Below are positions 34,883 through 36,593 of a DNA stretch of 36,593 bases, in pieces. The first letter of the stretch is position 1, and every line of letters begins with the position of its first letter. Position numbers and translations under genes: made by a program. The stretch is from a virus (taxonomy: Duplodnaviria; Caudoviricetes). The stretch is taken from positions 1 to 36,593 of the IMG/VR virus record IMGVR_UViG_3300031949_000106. One strand, written 5' to 3'. The notes below the pieces were generated by a model, which made no database searches, was not told where the DNA came from, and worked only from the letters and a program-made list of their open reading frames with translations.

Positions 34883-35281
34883 ATGATCAAAACAAACGAC
34901 CGTATAGTAGTTGAACTGCCGTTTCCTGTTAAGATTTTGGGAATCCGGTTTTTCAAAAAGAAGAAGGTGGGCTTTCTGTTTACTAACCTTGCCTTACTTT
35001 TATTCCGAAACAACAATAATACCCTGTCCGGTAAGGAATTACAATTTTGGATTGAAAAGCATGGACAGGCTGAGTTTGCATTTCAGTGTATGTATTATGC
35101 GGCAATTGCCTACAATATGGATTCCAGGCAACATGAAAACTTCACAATGGATGAGCTTCGAATTGCTATCAAGATGGGCGATGAACCGACATTGAAAGCA
35201 ATTGGCGAGGTTTGGGAATCATCGCAGAACTTCGGGGTGACCATTAAAAAAAAAGTAGCTCCGATAAAGAAGAGGAAATAA
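34883..35281 (+). CDS. Tail assembly chaperone (gpG-like)
   Basis: Between tube and TMP; A9 slippery run at 35246-35254. Confidence 0.75.
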   Translation: MIKTNDRIVVELPFPVKILGIRFFKKKKVGFLFTNLALLLFRNNNNTLSGKELQFWIEKHGQAEFAFQCMYYAAIAYNMDSRQHENFTMDELRIAIKMGDEPTLKAIGEVWESSQNFGVTIKKKVAPIKKRK

Positions 35282-35604
35282 GCTTTTCTGAGGAATACGA
35301 ATTTTGCACGGGCATCTGTGGAATTTCCAAAGCCGAATATCTTTCATTGACACCGGCAGAAACTTACAATAAAGTACAGGCATATATTTATAATCGGGAT
35401 ATGATGTCCGCGAATTTCCGAATGATTTATACCTTGCAATTTAATCAATGGGCGAAAAAAGGACAACAGAAACAACCGGCTAGGCTATGGCCACTTTCCT
35501 TTGACACCGATCATGAATTACCAGCGGAGGAAATGTATGAACGCAACGCTAAAATAATTGAACAATATTATCAGCGTCACCCGGAAGAGCGGCGGCCAAA
35601 CTAA
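35248..35604 (+). CDS. Tail assembly chaperone -1 frameshift extension (gpT-like)
   Basis: The -1 frame opens exactly at the A run (TAA at 35245 just before it) and reads to 35604; contains YLSLTPAE. Confidence 0.78.
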   Translation, partial: KKSSSDKEEEISFSEEYEFCTGICGISKAEYLSLTPAETYNKVQAYIYNRDMMSANFRMIYTLQFNQWAKKGQQKQPARLWPLSFDTDHELPAEEMYERNAKIIEQYYQRHPEERRPN

Positions 35605-35760
35605 AACCTCACCTAACAAGTGGGGTTTCATTATTGGCGGGAATAGTGTAATTTTAGGGTGAAATACAAACTCAAGGAAGTGTGAAATACAGCAATCAAT
35701 AAAGCGTGAAATAAGGAACAACACGGGCAGCGACAACGGGAACTTAAAGAACACAGTGTT

Positions 35761-36593
35761 ATGAAAATTGGAGATTTATTTGTAAAAATAGGCGCGAATA
35801 CCAAGGGGTTCACGCAGGGCATCGGTAAAGCGAAGAAGCAAACAAGTGGTTTCAGTTCGGCAATGAAGCGAGTCGGGGGAGTCATTGCCGGGGCGTTTGC
35901 GGTAACTTCAATTATAAACTTCGGTAGAAAGGCAATCGGGGTTATAAAGGGGTTTGAACAAGCTAACGCCACATTAGCCGCGACGCTTGGGAAGAACATC
36001 AATCAAGTGGAGGAACTCACAAAGCAAGCCCGCGACCTTGGAAAATCAACGGAGTTCACCGCTTCGCAGGTTTCATCACTTCAAAACGAGCTTGCAAAAT
36101 TAGGCTTTAGTCAAAAGGAAATTAAGGCATCCGCAAGGGGAATTCTGGATCTATCATCCGCCACCGGAAATGACCTTGCAAATTCAGCGATGATTGCAGG
36201 ATCCGCGTTAAGGGCTTTTAATCTTGACGCTTCCGAGATGTCACGGGTCACTTCTGTATTAGCCGTGGCGACCACTAAGAGTGCATTATCCATGTCCGAC
36301 TATGCCAGCGGACTATCGACTATTGCACCTGTCGCAAAAGCTTTCGGGTTCACAATTGAGGACACAGTGGCATTAATGGGTAAGCTCCGGGATGCCGGGT
36401 TTGATGCTTCAAGTTCAGCTACCGCAACAAGAAACATCTTGCTTAATTTGGCAGACGCAAACGGAAAACTTACAAAGGCATTAGGCGGACCGGTCAAGTC
36501 ATTTGATGAAATGATACCCGCACTTGTCAAGCTTAGAACGTCAGGAGTCGATCTTAATTCTACATTGCAACTCACCGATAAACGGTCTGTAGC
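35761..36593 (+). CDS. Tail tape measure protein, N-terminal part (TP901-type core); runs off the end into position 1
   Basis: MKIGDLFVKIGANTKGF...ARDLGKSTEFTASQV..LQNELAKLGF; open to the window end; absent from the ORF track because it has no stop. Confidence 0.93.
   Translation, partial: MKIGDLFVKIGANTKGFTQGIGKAKKQTSGFSSAMKRVGGVIAGAFAVTSIINFGRKAIGVIKGFEQANATLAATLGKNINQVEELTKQARDLGKSTEFTASQVSSLQNELAKLGFSQKEIKASARGILDLSSATGNDLANSAMIAGSALRAFNLDASEMSRVTSVLAVATTKSALSMSDYASGLSTIAPVAKAFGFTIEDTVALMGKLRDAGFDASSSATATRNILLNLADANGKLTKALGGPVKSFDEMIPALVKLRTSGVDLNSTLQLTDKRSV
36335..36593. repeat. Terminal direct repeat (copy of 1-259)
   Basis: 247/259 identical. Confidence 0.97.

Noticed and set aside
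35605-35760. Structured ncRNA or small gene between the chaperone and tape measure genes
   Set aside because: Only one modest hairpin (AAACCTCAC/GTGGGGTTT) and no convincing plus-strand ORF; the minus-strand ORFs are shadows.
1-36593. Genome-wide TGA reassignment (genetic code 4 or 25) to explain the in-frame TGAs
   Set aside because: Many genes end at TGA with tight ATGA coupling to the next gene (e.g. 10621, 23842, 25306), and TGG is used for Trp throughout.

Overview
The window is an apparently complete, circularly permuted siphophage genome of about 36.3 kb. Positions 1-259 repeat at 36335-36593 inside the tape-measure gene, giving a unit length of 36,334 bp. The host is probably a Bacteroidota member, inferred from TAnnTTTG-type promoters, AT-rich translation starts without Shine-Dalgarno sites, and signal peptides cleaved before Gln. 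The plus-strand late arm (about 23.5 kb, wrapping to 9.0 kb) encodes TerS, TerL, an HK97-type portal, protease and capsid, neck, tail tube, a frameshifted chaperone, tape measure, tail tip and fibre, and a lysis cassette with an M15 endolysin. The minus-strand early arm (9.3-23.0 kb) encodes a Sak/Rad52-like annealase, YqaJ exonuclease, SSB, SF2 helicase, primase-polymerase/ATPase, two cytosine methyltransferases, VRR-NUC and HTH proteins. No integrase was found. Five observations stand out. (1) An integrase-less tandem array of attC-like foldback elements at about 10.3-11.9 kb carries its cargo genes inside the foldback loop. (2) A 7-nt stop-containing insert splits the helicase Walker A motif, a candidate ribosomal bypass, and a second gene has an in-frame TGA in the same TGAGAGC context. 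(3) A 119-nt tRNA-like RNA has no anticodon arm. (4) Six promoters carry an FNR-like palindrome at an invariant 22-bp spacing. (5) A C5 methyltransferase is split over two nested reading frames. All product calls come from motif recognition by eye, not database searches.
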